The notes beneath the pieces are model-generated. The model did not search any database. It saw only the letters and a program-made list of their open reading frames with translations, and was not told the origin of the DNA. From assembly GCA_020523885.1 (NCBI GenBank), contig JAJAPY010000016.1, positions 10,359 through 74,358 of the forward strand: 64,000 nt of DNA, in the 5' to 3' direction. Below are positions 36,666-46,505 of this stretch, in pieces. Origin of the DNA: Candidatus Liberimonas magnetica. GTDB taxonomy: Bacteria; Elusimicrobiota; Endomicrobiia; Endomicrobiales; JAFGIL01. The position numbers were made by a program, and so were the translations under genes. Numbering within the stretch: the stretch's first letter is position 1; each line of letters opens with the position of its first letter.

Positions 36666-36820
36666 AAAAATCTCGAATATCGAATTTCGAAATCCGAAAA
36701 AATATTCAAGAAACAAATACGGCAAAAAAGCGCATAGAAATCCTTGATTATTTGATTATTAGATATTTGAAATTGCAGTTTTTTTCGGAATTCGTGCTTC
36801 GGATTTCGAATTTGATATTG
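36666..36820. repeat. Stutter-arm inverted repeat, TTCGAAAT dialect
   Basis: Left arm aaaaaatctcgaatatcgaatttcgaaatccgaaaaaa. Right arm tttttttcggaattcgtgcttcggatttcgaatttgatattg. Confidence 0.8.
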
Positions 36821-36835
36821 TAAGGAGAGAAGAAA

Positions 36836-37309
36836 GTGAACGAAATAGATCCTAAGAAGAAAAAAATAGCGTCCATTAAGGAACGGGTCGGAGAACTCTA
36901 TGACCTGATGAAAAATGAAAACCTGGAAGAACTTGAAATCAAGGATCAGGATACCTACATCAATTTAAAGAGGAAAGGGAAAAGGTTATTTTCTGAACCA
37001 CTAATATACGCTAATCCCCAAGTAGAACGGAACGTTGTGCAATCAGCAGATACCAGACATGCAGAAGTTAAAGGAGAAACGATAAAATCACCTATCATCG
37101 GAACCTTTTACCGTTCGCCTTCGCCGACGTCCGCACCTTTTGTTAAGGACGGAGATACTGCCGATGAAGGCAAGACTCTTTGCATTATAGAAGCCATGAA
37201 AGTTATGAATGAGATAAAAGCCGAATCTCGCATAAAGATATTGAAAATACTTGTAGAGAACGGCAAACCCGTAACTTCAGGGCAGGATTTGTTTTTAATT
37301 GAGAAATAA
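36836..37309 (+). CDS. accB: Biotin carboxyl carrier protein
   Basis: Biotinyl-lysine motif [15 protein letters not shown] start after an AAGGAG SD. Confidence 0.85.
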   Translation: MNEIDPKKKKIASIKERVGELYDLMKNENLEELEIKDQDTYINLKRKGKRLFSEPLIYANPQVERNVVQSADTRHAEVKGETIKSPIIGTFYRSPSPTSAPFVKDGDTADEGKTLCIIEAMKVMNEIKAESRIKILKILVENGKPVTSGQDLFLIEK

Positions 37310-37328
37310 ATCCCGGCAGGGATAAAAG

Positions 37329-37430
37329 AATTGCAAATTGCAAATCGAGAAATTGCAAATTTAAAATTGTAGGTTTTGAAATACAGTTGTTAAATTTGCA
37401 TTTTGCAATTTGCAATTTTCAATTTGCAAT
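37329..37430. repeat. Stutter-arm inverted repeat, TGCAAAAT/ATTGCAA dialect
   Basis: Left arm aattgcaaattgcaaatcgagaaattgcaaatttaaaattg. Right arm taaatttgcattttgcaatttgcaattttcaatttgcaat. Preceded by the hairpin ATCCC-ggca-GGGAT at 37310-37323. The right arm abuts the ftsK ATG. Confidence 0.8.
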
Positions 37431-39645
37431 GAAGTCGGTAATAATAAATATGTATTTTAAAGTTAAAGCAAAATCAAAACCTAAGTTCGGGTACGAAAGC
37501 GAGTTAAAAGGATTGGCCTTTATTCTGACCGCCTTTTTGCTTTCCTATTGCCTGGTCATACCGCAGCAATCAGGCGCTCTCGGCCAGGCAGCGGCCAGGA
37601 TATTGTTTTTATTTTTCGGAAAAGCTGCCTTCGTAATACCTTTGATAATGCTCTGGTGGGGCTATTCTTTCTTAAGGGCTTCGCTTGATATTCAATGGCG
37701 TATAAACTTTGTTTTAAGCCTTATTTTCTTAGGGGTCTTAAGCAGCCTGCTTTCTTTATTGGGACAGAGGTTTTATGCCGTCAATTCCGGCGGATTTCTG
37801 GGCCTTAAAATGGCACCGTTTTTCTACAGGATATTCGGCCCGAATTTTGCGCTTGTTATAACAACAGTTATCCTGGTTTATCTCGGAAGTCTTATCTTCA
37901 GGGTCTCATTGAGGGATGTTTTTGTTACAGCCTGCAATAAACTGGTAGAAGATTATAAACTCTGGCAGAAAGAAAGAGCCCAGTGGAAAAAGGCTTTGCC
38001 GCCAAAAATAAAAACAAGAGAAGAAGCACAAAAACCTCAAGCCGCTAAACCTGAGCCCGAAGCAAAGCCCAAAATAATAGAGCCTCAAAAGCCCGTTATT
38101 ACAAAGACAGAAGAAAAAAGAGCAGAAAAAAAACCTGCTGATGCAGAAACTGCCAAGAAATCCAAAGCAAATACAGAAGAAAAACAGCCAGCATACAATA
38201 AATACCAGCTGCCTCTTTTCAGCCTTCTTTCATCTTCAGGCGATATAGTTGTAAAGCATGACCAAAGTGAGCATCTGGCAAATGCTGAACTTCTTACTAA
38301 AACACTTGAACAATTCAATATTTCTGCAAAGGTCAAAGAGATAATCCCGGGCCCGGTAGTCACGAGATATGATATAGAACTTGCTCCGGGCATAAAAATA
38401 CAGGCTGTAACTGCTTTAAGCGACAATATTTCTTTATCAATGAAAGTCCCTGCAGTACGGATAATAGCAGTACCGGAAAAATCGGCCGTGGGAATTGAAG
38501 TCCCTAACAGCGAAACCAGGATAGTCAACCTTAAAGGAATTTTTGAAAGCCAGGAATTTGCAAATTCAAAATCTCTTCTTACTCTTGCCCTCGGAAGGAC
38601 AACCGACGGGGCCTCCTATGTTACGGACCTTGTTCCCATGCCTCATCTGCTCATAGCAGGCGCTACGGGTTCGGGAAAAAGCGTGGGCATACACAGCATT
38701 ATAGCTTCCATACTTTATAAGGCAAGGCCTGATGAAGTGAAATTCCTTCTTATTGATCCGAAACGCCTGGAACTGCCTATGTACCATGGAATACCTCATA
38801 TCTATGACCCCAGCGTTGCACCCGAGCAGGCCGATATAATAACCCAGCCCAAGGAAGCTGCCTTGTCCTTGAAAAAACTTGTCAAAGTGATGGAAAAAAG
38901 GTATGAGAAATTTGCAAAAGAAACCGTAAGGAATATCGAAGGTTATAATGAGAAAATGCAGGAAACAGGCGGCGAGAAGGAGTTCTATATAGTGGTGGTG
39001 ATAGATGAGCTTGCCGACCTTATGCTGATCGCTACAAAAGAAGTCGAAGATTCCATACAACGGCTTGCCCAGATGGCAAGGGCCGTAGGTATCCATTTGA
39101 TACTTGCCACGCAGAGGCCGTCGGTGGATGTTATTACGGGTGTTATTAAAGCTAATTTCCCTGCCAGGATAGCTTTCCAGACGACTTCAAAAGTGGATTC
39201 ACGCGTTATCCTTGACACCATAGGCGCAGAGGACCTGTTCGGAAAAGGCGATATGCTTTTTGTCCCTCCCGGAGAATCAAAGCAGATACGTTTACAGGGC
39301 GGTTTTATATCACAGAAAGAGATAGAAAAGGTGGTCAAGTTCATAAAAGACCAGAACCTGCCTGCCCATTACGAGGACATCTTTGAAAAATCAGGTGCCT
39401 CGGAGGTTCTGGATGAAGAGGAAGAAAAGCATTCCGAAGACCTTTCCAGAGCCTTACAGCTTGTAAGGGAACGCAAACGCGTTTCCCAGGACCTTTTAAA
39501 AGCCCATTTCGGTTCGTCAGCCCGTGCAACGAATATATTAAGTCTGCTTGAAACCAAGGGTTTTATACATAAACCCGAAGGCACGAACCGCTGGCAGATC
39601 CATTTCGATAAGATAGACGAATACTTGAACCTCACTGGAAATTAA
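37429..39645 (+). CDS. ftsK: DNA translocase FtsK
   Basis: N-terminal TM helices, P/K/E-rich linker, motor domain with GATGSGKS Walker A, C-terminal winged-helix gamma domain. The start is uncertain (37429 or 37451). Confidence 0.9.
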   Translation: MKSVIINMYFKVKAKSKPKFGYESELKGLAFILTAFLLSYCLVIPQQSGALGQAAARILFLFFGKAAFVIPLIMLWWGYSFLRASLDIQWRINFVLSLIFLGVLSSLLSLLGQRFYAVNSGGFLGLKMAPFFYRIFGPNFALVITTVILVYLGSLIFRVSLRDVFVTACNKLVEDYKLWQKERAQWKKALPPKIKTREEAQKPQAAKPEPEAKPKIIEPQKPVITKTEEKRAEKKPADAETAKKSKANTEEKQPAYNKYQLPLFSLLSSSGDIVVKHDQSEHLANAELLTKTLEQFNISAKVKEIIPGPVVTRYDIELAPGIKIQAVTALSDNISLSMKVPAVRIIAVPEKSAVGIEVPNSETRIVNLKGIFESQEFANSKSLLTLALGRTTDGASYVTDLVPMPHLLIAGATGSGKSVGIHSIIASILYKARPDEVKFLLIDPKRLELPMYHGIPHIYDPSVAPEQADIITQPKEAALSLKKLVKVMEKRYEKFAKETVRNIEGYNEKMQETGGEKEFYIVVVIDELADLMLIATKEVEDSIQRLAQMARAVGIHLILATQRPSVDVITGVIKANFPARIAFQTTSKVDSRVILDTIGAEDLFGKGDMLFVPPGESKQIRLQGGFISQKEIEKVVKFIKDQNLPAHYEDIFEKSGASEVLDEEEEKHSEDLSRALQLVRERKRVSQDLLKAHFGSSARATNILSLLETKGFIHKPEGTNRWQIHFDKIDEYLNLTGN

Positions 39646-39647
39646 AA

Positions 39648-40337
39648 ATGAAAAAACTTTTTGTAGAATTATCGCTTGTTTGTATAGTTTCTGTTAATTG
39701 TTCTGTAAGCTTGACGGCTTATGAAACAAAATTGGACGAGATACTCAGTAACCTCGAAAAAAACGACGAGGCCGTAGAAAATATAAAATTCAATTATACC
39801 CAGGATATAACATATACGCTTACCAATGAGATACAACATACTTATGGACAGATGATATTTAGTAAACCGAATAATTTTTATTTCAAACAGGATAAACCCC
39901 TCGATCAGGAGATCGTTTCGAACGGAAAAAAGGTCTGGATCTATACACCATCCTACAAGCAGGTGATAGTTGATGATGTACAGAGATGGCTTAAGAGCGG
40001 TATCCTGCCTAATTCTACTATAAGCCTTAATTTAAACTGGAAGGAGTTAAAAAGTAAATATTCTTTTGAATACCTGGGAGAAGAAAACGGGGCATACCTG
40101 CTCCTTTTTACTCCGCTTGCAGTTCAAGCTGAGGCCAAAGACGGTTCTTTAAATAGCTGGAAAATGAAGCTGTGGTTCGACACAAAAGAATACAGCCCGT
40201 TGAGGGTTGACCTGCTCGGGGAAAATATTTCCGTGATAACAAAAATAAGCGGCTATGCCAGGGACCAGAAAATAGATAAGAAAATATTTGTTTTTAAAGC
40301 CCCTAAAGGTGTGGATATTATGAGGATGAGTAAATAA
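39648..40337 (+). CDS. lolA: LolA-like outer-membrane lipoprotein carrier protein
   Basis: Signal peptide, LolA-fold length and pattern (GQMIFSKPNNFYFKQDKP...VSNGKKVWIYTP), ftsK-lolA synteny. Confidence 0.7.
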   Translation: MKKLFVELSLVCIVSVNCSVSLTAYETKLDEILSNLEKNDEAVENIKFNYTQDITYTLTNEIQHTYGQMIFSKPNNFYFKQDKPLDQEIVSNGKKVWIYTPSYKQVIVDDVQRWLKSGILPNSTISLNLNWKELKSKYSFEYLGEENGAYLLLFTPLAVQAEAKDGSLNSWKMKLWFDTKEYSPLRVDLLGENISVITKISGYARDQKIDKKIFVFKAPKGVDIMRMSK

Positions 40338-41318
40338 ATGGAAATAAAAACAGCGCTGAATAATACCACGATGAAAATAGGAAAGTCCCTGAAAGATAGA
40401 AGGGCAGCCAAGAATATATCTATAGAGGCCATAAACCAGGAGACCCGCATACCGAAGATTTATATAAAGGCTATAGAAGAAGGGGACATGTCCAAGTTCT
40501 CTGCCGATGTATATTACACCGGTTCTTTACGGAAGTATGCGTCTTATCTGGGTCTGAATGCGAATGAGCTTGTAGACCAGTATTTGAATGAAAAAAGTGC
40601 GGCAAAGAACGAGTTAAAGGCAAAAACAGAAAAAAAAGAAAAAGCCAGTCTTAAAAGGATACTGGTTGCAGCCTTAGCGGTGCTTTTCCTGTGGGCTGCA
40701 GCTTTTATATCTATCTTAAGCCTGAATAAAATAAACGAAAATAAATCCGTTAATAAAAGTAAAATAAGCGCAGTCAAAGAAAATGAGCTGCTTAAGCCGA
40801 AACACCTTAAAAAAAATGAACTTGATCTTGAGGTAAAAGCCATTTCCTCCACCTGGATAAGAGTAAAAAGTGACGGCAATTTGGTATTCGAGAACGTACT
40901 TCCTGCCGGTGAAAAAAGGAACTGGATAGCAAAAGAAAACCTCGTTCTGAGAATAGGTTATGTCCCTGGTGTTGAAGTGAGCCTTAACGGTAAACGCGTG
41001 GACACTATGATAGGTGCAAAAGAATATATAAACGAGATCCAGTTCACAAAAGAATCCTTAAAAAAAGAAAAGCAGTCAAAGGATGTGGAGAGCCCTGTGA
41101 AAAAAAACCGGTCAAAAACGGGGATACCGCCCCAGGGTAGGTCCGGCATGGACGGGAATGTCAATAACGGCGGTATACCGCACCTCCTTCAGCCGTCCCA
41201 GGATAAAGGGAGGACTACGGAGGGCAAACGATTTTCAAAGGAATCCTTGGACCAGCCGGAGGGGGCCCGCGACCTTGACTTGAACAAAGGACCCAGGGAA
41301 ATTCAAAATGCAAGATGA
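40338..41318 (+). CDS. rodZ: RodZ-like cytoskeleton protein (HTH, TM, DUF4115)
   Basis: XRE-type HTH N-terminus, single TM (ILVAALAVLFLWAAAFISIL), DUF4115-like segment WIRVKSDGNLVFENVLPAGEKRNW. The last ~70 codons look like read-through into repeat-derived sequence. Confidence 0.7.
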   Translation: MEIKTALNNTTMKIGKSLKDRRAAKNISIEAINQETRIPKIYIKAIEEGDMSKFSADVYYTGSLRKYASYLGLNANELVDQYLNEKSAAKNELKAKTEKKEKASLKRILVAALAVLFLWAAAFISILSLNKINENKSVNKSKISAVKENELLKPKHLKKNELDLEVKAISSTWIRVKSDGNLVFENVLPAGEKRNWIAKENLVLRIGYVPGVEVSLNGKRVDTMIGAKEYINEIQFTKESLKKEKQSKDVESPVKKNRSKTGIPPQGRSGMDGNVNNGGIPHLLQPSQDKGRTTEGKRFSKESLDQPEGARDLDLNKGPREIQNAR

Positions 41319-41409
41319 AAAATCTCCCGGTGACAAACAGGGTGCCTCTTATCGCCCCGCTGCACAAAAAGCCCAATCCAAGGCGGGAATAAATGTAAAT
41401 GATGACGGG

Positions 41410-42777
41410 ATGTCACGTTCTCAAAGTCCCGCTAGGGCGGGATCTCTCAAGGCGGGAGAGGGGTTCCACAGGGATAAAAATAAAGTTTGTCTTGTAGCGC
41501 TGGGATGCCCCAAAAATATGGTTGAAGTTGAAAGCCTGGCTGGCCTGGTAAAGGATAACGGCTGGGATTTAACGACGGACCTGGATAACTCCAAAGCTGC
41601 CATAGTACATACGTGTTCGTTCATAAAAGATGCAAGGGATGAATCAGCCGGAGCCATTAAAGCACTGTCCGAGATAAAGAAAAAAGGAAAGCTTGAAAAA
41701 CTTATCGTTTCCGGCTGTATGGTTCAGGGAGAAGGAAAAAGGCTTATAAAAGAATTCCCTGATGTTGACGGGTTTATCGGTACGGGTAATTTAAAAGGTA
41801 TATTAAAACTGCTTTCAGGAGAAAAAAAATTTATTTTAGGAACACCCGGCGGGCTTTTAGATTCTTATGCGCCCAGGCTGCTATCCTCAAATTTACCTAC
41901 CGCATATTTAAGGCTGGCAGAAGGCTGTAATCATAGATGCAGTTTTTGTTCGATACCTTATCTAAGAGGAAAGTATAAAAGCAGAAATATAAGTTCCATT
42001 ATTAAAGAGGCAGAAGACCTTTCCTTTAACGGTATAAAGGAATTGATACTTGTAGCCCAGGATACTACTTATTACGGGCACGACATTTACGGCAAGAACA
42101 GCCTGCCGGAGCTTCTAAGGAAATTGACTGCTATAAAAGGTATTTCCTGGATAAGGATTATGTACACTTATCCGGACAGTATAGATGAAAGGCTCTTAGA
42201 TATAGTAAAGTCACAAGACAAGGTATGCAAGTATTTAGATATGCCTCTTCAGCATATCAGTGAAAACGTTTTAAAGAGGATGCGCAGGCATCAAAACGTA
42301 AGAGAAACAGTAAAAAGTATAAAGAATAGGATCCCTGATTTAGCACTGCGGACCGCTCTGATAGTGGGTTTTCCTGGAGAGTCAGAAAAGGATTTTAAGG
42401 AGATGCATGATTTTGTAGCTCAAGGGTGGTTCGACCAGCTCGGTGTATTTGAATACTCCGATGACAAGAACATCGTTTCACATAAGTTAACCGGTCAGGT
42501 CTCGCAGGAAATAAGGCATGGAAGAAGAAAACAGCTTATGCTCAAGCAGAAGGAGATAGTCTTAAATAAGAACAGGGCAATGAAAGGAAAGGTTTTTAAG
42601 GTTTTAGTTGAAACCGCAGATAAAAACAATATTTGTTCAGGCAGGGCATATTTCCAGGCTCCGGAAATAGACAATAAAATATTTTTTAAAGGCAGTGCAG
42701 CAATAGGCAGTTTTAGGGATGTTAAAATAACTGGATACAAAGGATATGACCTCTACGGCGAGATAGCGTCTGCTTAA
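41410..42777 (+). CDS. rimO: Ribosomal protein S12 methylthiotransferase RimO
   Basis: MTTase N-domain VALGCPKNMVEVE, radical-SAM CNHRCSFC, TRAM domain. ATG 41410 is the nearest in-frame start; the track start at 41308 adds a repeat-derived extension. Confidence 0.85.
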   Translation: MSRSQSPARAGSLKAGEGFHRDKNKVCLVALGCPKNMVEVESLAGLVKDNGWDLTTDLDNSKAAIVHTCSFIKDARDESAGAIKALSEIKKKGKLEKLIVSGCMVQGEGKRLIKEFPDVDGFIGTGNLKGILKLLSGEKKFILGTPGGLLDSYAPRLLSSNLPTAYLRLAEGCNHRCSFCSIPYLRGKYKSRNISSIIKEAEDLSFNGIKELILVAQDTTYYGHDIYGKNSLPELLRKLTAIKGISWIRIMYTYPDSIDERLLDIVKSQDKVCKYLDMPLQHISENVLKRMRRHQNVRETVKSIKNRIPDLALRTALIVGFPGESEKDFKEMHDFVAQGWFDQLGVFEYSDDKNIVSHKLTGQVSQEIRHGRRKQLMLKQKEIVLNKNRAMKGKVFKVLVETADKNNICSGRAYFQAPEIDNKIFFKGSAAIGSFRDVKITGYKGYDLYGEIASA

Positions 42778-42848
42778 AATTTAGCAGGCTCCTGATTACG
42801 GTGATTGATTTTTTAGATGTAATAAGGAAATGGTATAGAGTTAAATAA

Positions 42849-43466
42849 ATGAACTTAGCAAATAAATTGACCTTACTTCGCATCGGCCTGGTGCCGTTTC
42901 TGATATTCTGTATGTACCTGAACAATTTTTGGACAAGAGTAATAGCCCTTGTGATTTTTGTCGGGGCCGCTTTGACCGATACTTTAGACGGTTTTATAGC
43001 AAGAAAATTAAATACAGTAACTACTCTGGGAAAATTTTTGGACCCTTTAGCCGATAAATTGCTTATATCCGCCGTCCTTATAACATTTGTTGGTTTAAGA
43101 GAGCTCCGTATCCCTTCCTGGATGGTGGTTTTGATAATTTCAAGGGAATTCATCATAAGCGGTTTAAGGATGCATGCAGCTTCAAAAAACGTGATTATCG
43201 CAGCTCATATGTCGGGCAAATTCAAAACCACTTCGCAGATGGTTTCCATAATTATTGTTATGCTTATATTGATAATAAATGCCGCCATCTGGCATACGAA
43301 ACACCTTACACCTACGCAGCTGCTGTCAACTTCTGCAGGGATGAAGTATTTTATAGAATGGTGCCTGCTTATGCTCCCCTATTATTTAATGTTGATTACT
43401 ACAATACTGACCGTTTATTCCGGTTTAGCTTACCTCTATGAACACAGAGATTTATTAAGAGAATAA
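42849..43466 (+). CDS. pgsA: CDP-diacylglycerol--glycerol-3-phosphate 3-phosphatidyltransferase
   Basis: CDP-alcohol phosphatidyltransferase motif DTLDGFIARKLNTVTTLGKFLDPLADK. Confidence 0.85.
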   Translation: MNLANKLTLLRIGLVPFLIFCMYLNNFWTRVIALVIFVGAALTDTLDGFIARKLNTVTTLGKFLDPLADKLLISAVLITFVGLRELRIPSWMVVLIISREFIISGLRMHAASKNVIIAAHMSGKFKTTSQMVSIIIVMLILIINAAIWHTKHLTPTQLLSTSAGMKYFIEWCLLMLPYYLMLITTILTVYSGLAYLYEHRDLLRE

Positions 43467-43609
43467 GGCCTTCCTACGCAAAACATCCGCCGCAGAATTA
43501 TTGGAGGATTGCCGCGGAGGGTCACCTAAGTTTTGTGAGCATCTGGCATTATGTTTGAAAAATCAAAGTATGCTTGAGTATAGAAAAGCAATTTTAGGAG
43601 TGTCTTCAG

Positions 43610-44062
43610 GTGAAAATACTAATTAAATTTCTTTCAACGGGATTTTTTATAGGCTACTTTCCCTTGATTCCAGGCACCCTGGGCACTTTTGCAAGTGCCT
43701 TTATATACTGGCAGCTCCTGCCAAAAAACAACATCCTATTTTTGTTAATTACATTGGTAATGGTTGCGGTTTCCGTGCCCGTATGCACAAAGGCTGAAGT
43801 AGTATTCGGCAAAAAAGACGAAAAAAGAATAATTATCGATGAAATAGCGGGTTTTTGGGTTTCGATGCTTCTGCTTCCCCGTTCTTCGGGCGTCCTTTTC
43901 GCAGGTATCGTTCTGTTCAGGCTTTTTGATATTTATAAACCTTTCTTTATAAAAAAAGTGCAGGTTTGGAACGGCGGGCTTGGAGTGGTAGCAGATGATG
44001 TTTTTGCCGGCCTTTTCACGAACATTATTTTATGGGTATTTGTAGCAGTAAAAAATATATAG
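43610..44062 (+). CDS. pgpA: Phosphatidylglycerophosphatase A
   Basis: PgpA-like GYFPLIPGTLGT N-terminus and DEIAG / ADD motifs. GTG start. Confidence 0.8.
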   Translation: MKILIKFLSTGFFIGYFPLIPGTLGTFASAFIYWQLLPKNNILFLLITLVMVAVSVPVCTKAEVVFGKKDEKRIIIDEIAGFWVSMLLLPRSSGVLFAGIVLFRLFDIYKPFFIKKVQVWNGGLGVVADDVFAGLFTNIILWVFVAVKNI

Positions 44063-44065
44063 CTT

Positions 44066-44701
44066 ATGAATAAATATTTAATAAGATCGTTAACGGTAGG
44101 CTCTCTTCAGGTTAACTGCTATCTTCTTGCGGACATTAACTCAAAAGAGACTATAATAATAGACCCCGGCGATGAGCCTAAAACTATAATAAAAGAAGTA
44201 AGTAAAAATGGTTTAAAGCCTATAATTATATTGAATACACACGGGCATATAGACCACATCGGAGCGAATAAATATTTAAAAAACCACTATAATATACCAA
44301 TAGTTATTCATAAAGAAGATGCAGATTATCTTACTGACCCATCGTTGAACGGAGCAGGCCTTGTCGGTTACGCAGATAACCGGCAAAAAGCCGACAGGCT
44401 GCTTGAAAATAACCAAAAAATTGTGATAGGAAGCTTGGAGTTAAAAATAATCCATACCCCGGGGCATACACCCGGCGGGGTCTGTGTCATAACAGAAGGC
44501 CTCATATTTACCGGAGATACTCTTTTTTGCGGTTCGATAGGTAGATGGGATTTTAAGGGCGGGGATAAAGCCGCATTGGTCAAGTCTTTAGAAATATTTA
44601 AAAAACTTGATCCGAAGTTAATGGTCTTGCCCGGGCACGGCCCTTCAAGCACCCTGGAAGAAGAATTGGAAAGTAATCCGTACCTGGCAGGGGAATTTTA
44701 A
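44066..44701 (+). CDS. MBL-fold metallo-hydrolase (glyoxalase II-like)
   Basis: THGHIDHIG metal motif, HTPGHTPG, later PGHG. Confidence 0.85.
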   Translation: MNKYLIRSLTVGSLQVNCYLLADINSKETIIIDPGDEPKTIIKEVSKNGLKPIIILNTHGHIDHIGANKYLKNHYNIPIVIHKEDADYLTDPSLNGAGLVGYADNRQKADRLLENNQKIVIGSLELKIIHTPGHTPGGVCVITEGLIFTGDTLFCGSIGRWDFKGGDKAALVKSLEIFKKLDPKLMVLPGHGPSSTLEEELESNPYLAGEF

Positions 44702-44710
44702 CTTCAACAT

Positions 44711-44835
44711 ATAATTGCAAATTGCAAAATTAAAAATGTAAAATTAAGGTGTCCCGCTGTGCGGGGATGTATTTAAATTAATCCCGCCTTGGCGGGATAC
44801 ATTAATTTTTCATTTTGCAATTTTCAATTTGCAAT
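44711..44835. repeat. TGCAAAAT-dialect element, complex form with two internal GC hairpins
   Basis: Left arm ataattgcaaattgcaaaattaaaaatgtaaaattaagg. Hairpins CCCGC-tgt-GCGGG (about 44752-44767) and ATCCCGCC-tt-GGCGGGAT (44781-44798). Right arm attaatttttcattttgcaattttcaatttgcaat. Confidence 0.85.
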
Positions 44836-44855
44836 AGATCTTAGGGTGTCTATCC

Positions 44856-45737
44856 ATGGATGCTTATCTTAAAGATTTTGTTTCATATATAGAGGCAGAA
44901 AAGGGCTTGAGCAAGAACACCGTCCTTGCATACACTTCAGACTTAAAACACTACTTCAAATACCTTGATAAAATAAAAAAGCCTCTATTGAATCTTGAAC
45001 ACCAGGACCTGACCGAATTTCTCTGGCAGAAGAAACTGGAGGGGTTAAAACCGCGTTCGTTAAGCCGCCTCATAGAAACATTGAGGCAGTTCCACAGGTT
45101 CCTTATAATCGAAGGATATACGTCAAATGACCCGACTCTAGACCTATTGGCCCCTCGCATCCCGGCAAAGCTTCCCAATATGCTTACTAACGAAGAAGTA
45201 GAGCGCCTCCTTTTTACTATATCCGGAGAAAAGGAGCGCCAGATAAGGAACAGGGCTATGGTAGAGCTTATGTATGCCTCAGGTTTAAGGGTATCTGAAC
45301 TTGTCAATCTGACCGCAGAAAACCTTGATCTTAGCCTCGGGTTTGTGAAGGTATTTGGAAAGGGAAATAAAGAAAGGATAGTCCCTGTAGGTAAAACAGC
45401 GCTAAAGTTTCTGGCGAAATACCTTGAATTAAGGAATAAAAACCCCAGAAACCAGGGAAAACACGAATTGTTTTTGACTAAATTAGGCACCAAAATGTCC
45501 AGGATAGAATTCTGGCGCCAGCTTAAAAACCACGCAAAAAAAGCCGGAATTACAAAGAATATGACGCCGCACGTCCTGCGCCATTCTTTTGCCTCTCACA
45601 TGCTTGCCCACGGTGCGGACCTGAGGTTCGTACAGGAGATGCTGGGCCACAGCTCAATTGCAACCACGCAGATATACACTCATGTCGACAAAGAAAGGTT
45701 AAAAGAACTCCACAAAAAATACCATCCCAGAGGTTGA
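44856..45737 (+). CDS. xerD: Tyrosine recombinase XerD/XerC type
   Basis: N-terminal SAM-like domain (EKGLSKNTVLAYTSDL). Catalytic residues in ASGLRVSEL, HVLRHSFASH, LGHSSIATTQIYTHV. Confidence 0.75.
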   Translation: MDAYLKDFVSYIEAEKGLSKNTVLAYTSDLKHYFKYLDKIKKPLLNLEHQDLTEFLWQKKLEGLKPRSLSRLIETLRQFHRFLIIEGYTSNDPTLDLLAPRIPAKLPNMLTNEEVERLLFTISGEKERQIRNRAMVELMYASGLRVSELVNLTAENLDLSLGFVKVFGKGNKERIVPVGKTALKFLAKYLELRNKNPRNQGKHELFLTKLGTKMSRIEFWRQLKNHAKKAGITKNMTPHVLRHSFASHMLAHGADLRFVQEMLGHSSIATTQIYTHVDKERLKELHKKYHPRG

Positions 45738-45779
45738 TCCTGAAATTTAGCGGCAAGTAAGAATTAAAAGTTAAAAATT

Positions 45780-45788
45780 TGATATAAT
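45780..45788 (+). promoter_or_regulatory. Extended -10 promoter candidate placed so the transcript would be nearly leaderless
   Basis: TGaTATAAT ends 6 nt before the ATG at 45795. No SD lies between them. Confidence 0.35.
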
Positions 45789-45794
45789 CATTTT

Positions 45795-46022
45795 ATGAAA
45801 ACAGTTGGAAAAAGATCGGAAAACCAGATAGATTTTCATGCTTCCGCAGAAAAACTTAAAACCGGGGCGCTGTTTAATGATGAGATGCAAAAACTTGCGC
45901 TTACATACGGTGGTTTTTTTAAGAAAGGTGTTTACAGGTACAAAACGCATGAAGATGCAAATAAACATTGGGAAGACAGCCTGGTAAAAAATGTTGCAAG
46001 GAAAAACATTAATGGAAAATGA
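45795..46022 (+). CDS. Small hypothetical protein, possible antitoxin-like partner of the downstream nucleotidyltransferase
   Basis: 75 aa. Overlaps the next ORF by 11 nt. The opposite-strand 102-aa ORF is F/C/K-rich and looks spurious. Confidence 0.4.
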   Translation: MKTVGKRSENQIDFHASAEKLKTGALFNDEMQKLALTYGGFFKKGVYRYKTHEDANKHWEDSLVKNVARKNINGK

Positions 46023-46494
46023 TGTTTCAAGGCCGGCTACATTGGATGATTTAAAAAAACTTGTTGAGGCTTTAAACAAGGAGAATGCAGATTATATCCT
46101 TATAGGCGGTTACGCCCTTTATGCCCATGGTTTGTATCGGACAACGACAGATATAGATATATTAGTCCCGCCTAATGAGGAATCAGGAAAAAAAGTCATA
46201 AATGCGCTTCTTGTTTTACCCGATAGAGCAGCCCGTGATATAGATGTTTCGTGGTTCGAAGAAAAAGATACAATAAGGTTGGCTGATGAAATTGTTGTAG
46301 ATATAATGTTTAATGCTGCAGGCGAAACATATGAATCTTTAAAAAAATACATGGAAGTTATAAAGATAGACGGCATCCCTGTTAAAACTATCAATCTTGA
46401 AGGCCTCTTGCTTACCAAAAATACTTTCCGTGAAAAGGATCTTACGGATAAAAAACTCCTAAAAAGCATTTTAAACGAAATAAACAAGTCATAA
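46012..46494 (+). CDS. Minimal nucleotidyltransferase-fold protein (DUF6036/AbiEii-like)
   Basis: The pol-beta-type NTase pattern (hG[GS]..., then DhDh) is seen as LIGGYALYAHGLYRTTTDIDILV. Confidence 0.55.
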   Translation: MENDVSRPATLDDLKKLVEALNKENADYILIGGYALYAHGLYRTTTDIDILVPPNEESGKKVINALLVLPDRAARDIDVSWFEEKDTIRLADEIVVDIMFNAAGETYESLKKYMEVIKIDGIPVKTINLEGLLLTKNTFREKDLTDKKLLKSILNEINKS

Positions 46495-46505
46495 ACAGAG
46501 AACAA

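Noticed and set aside
43467-43609. Possible small RNA or tRNA in the pgsA/pgpA spacer (imperfect hairpin TCCGCCGCAGAAT...ATTGCCGCGGA).
   Set aside because: There is no cloverleaf and no conserved tRNA boxes. It is a single imperfect hairpin with no recognisable family features, which is too weak to call.
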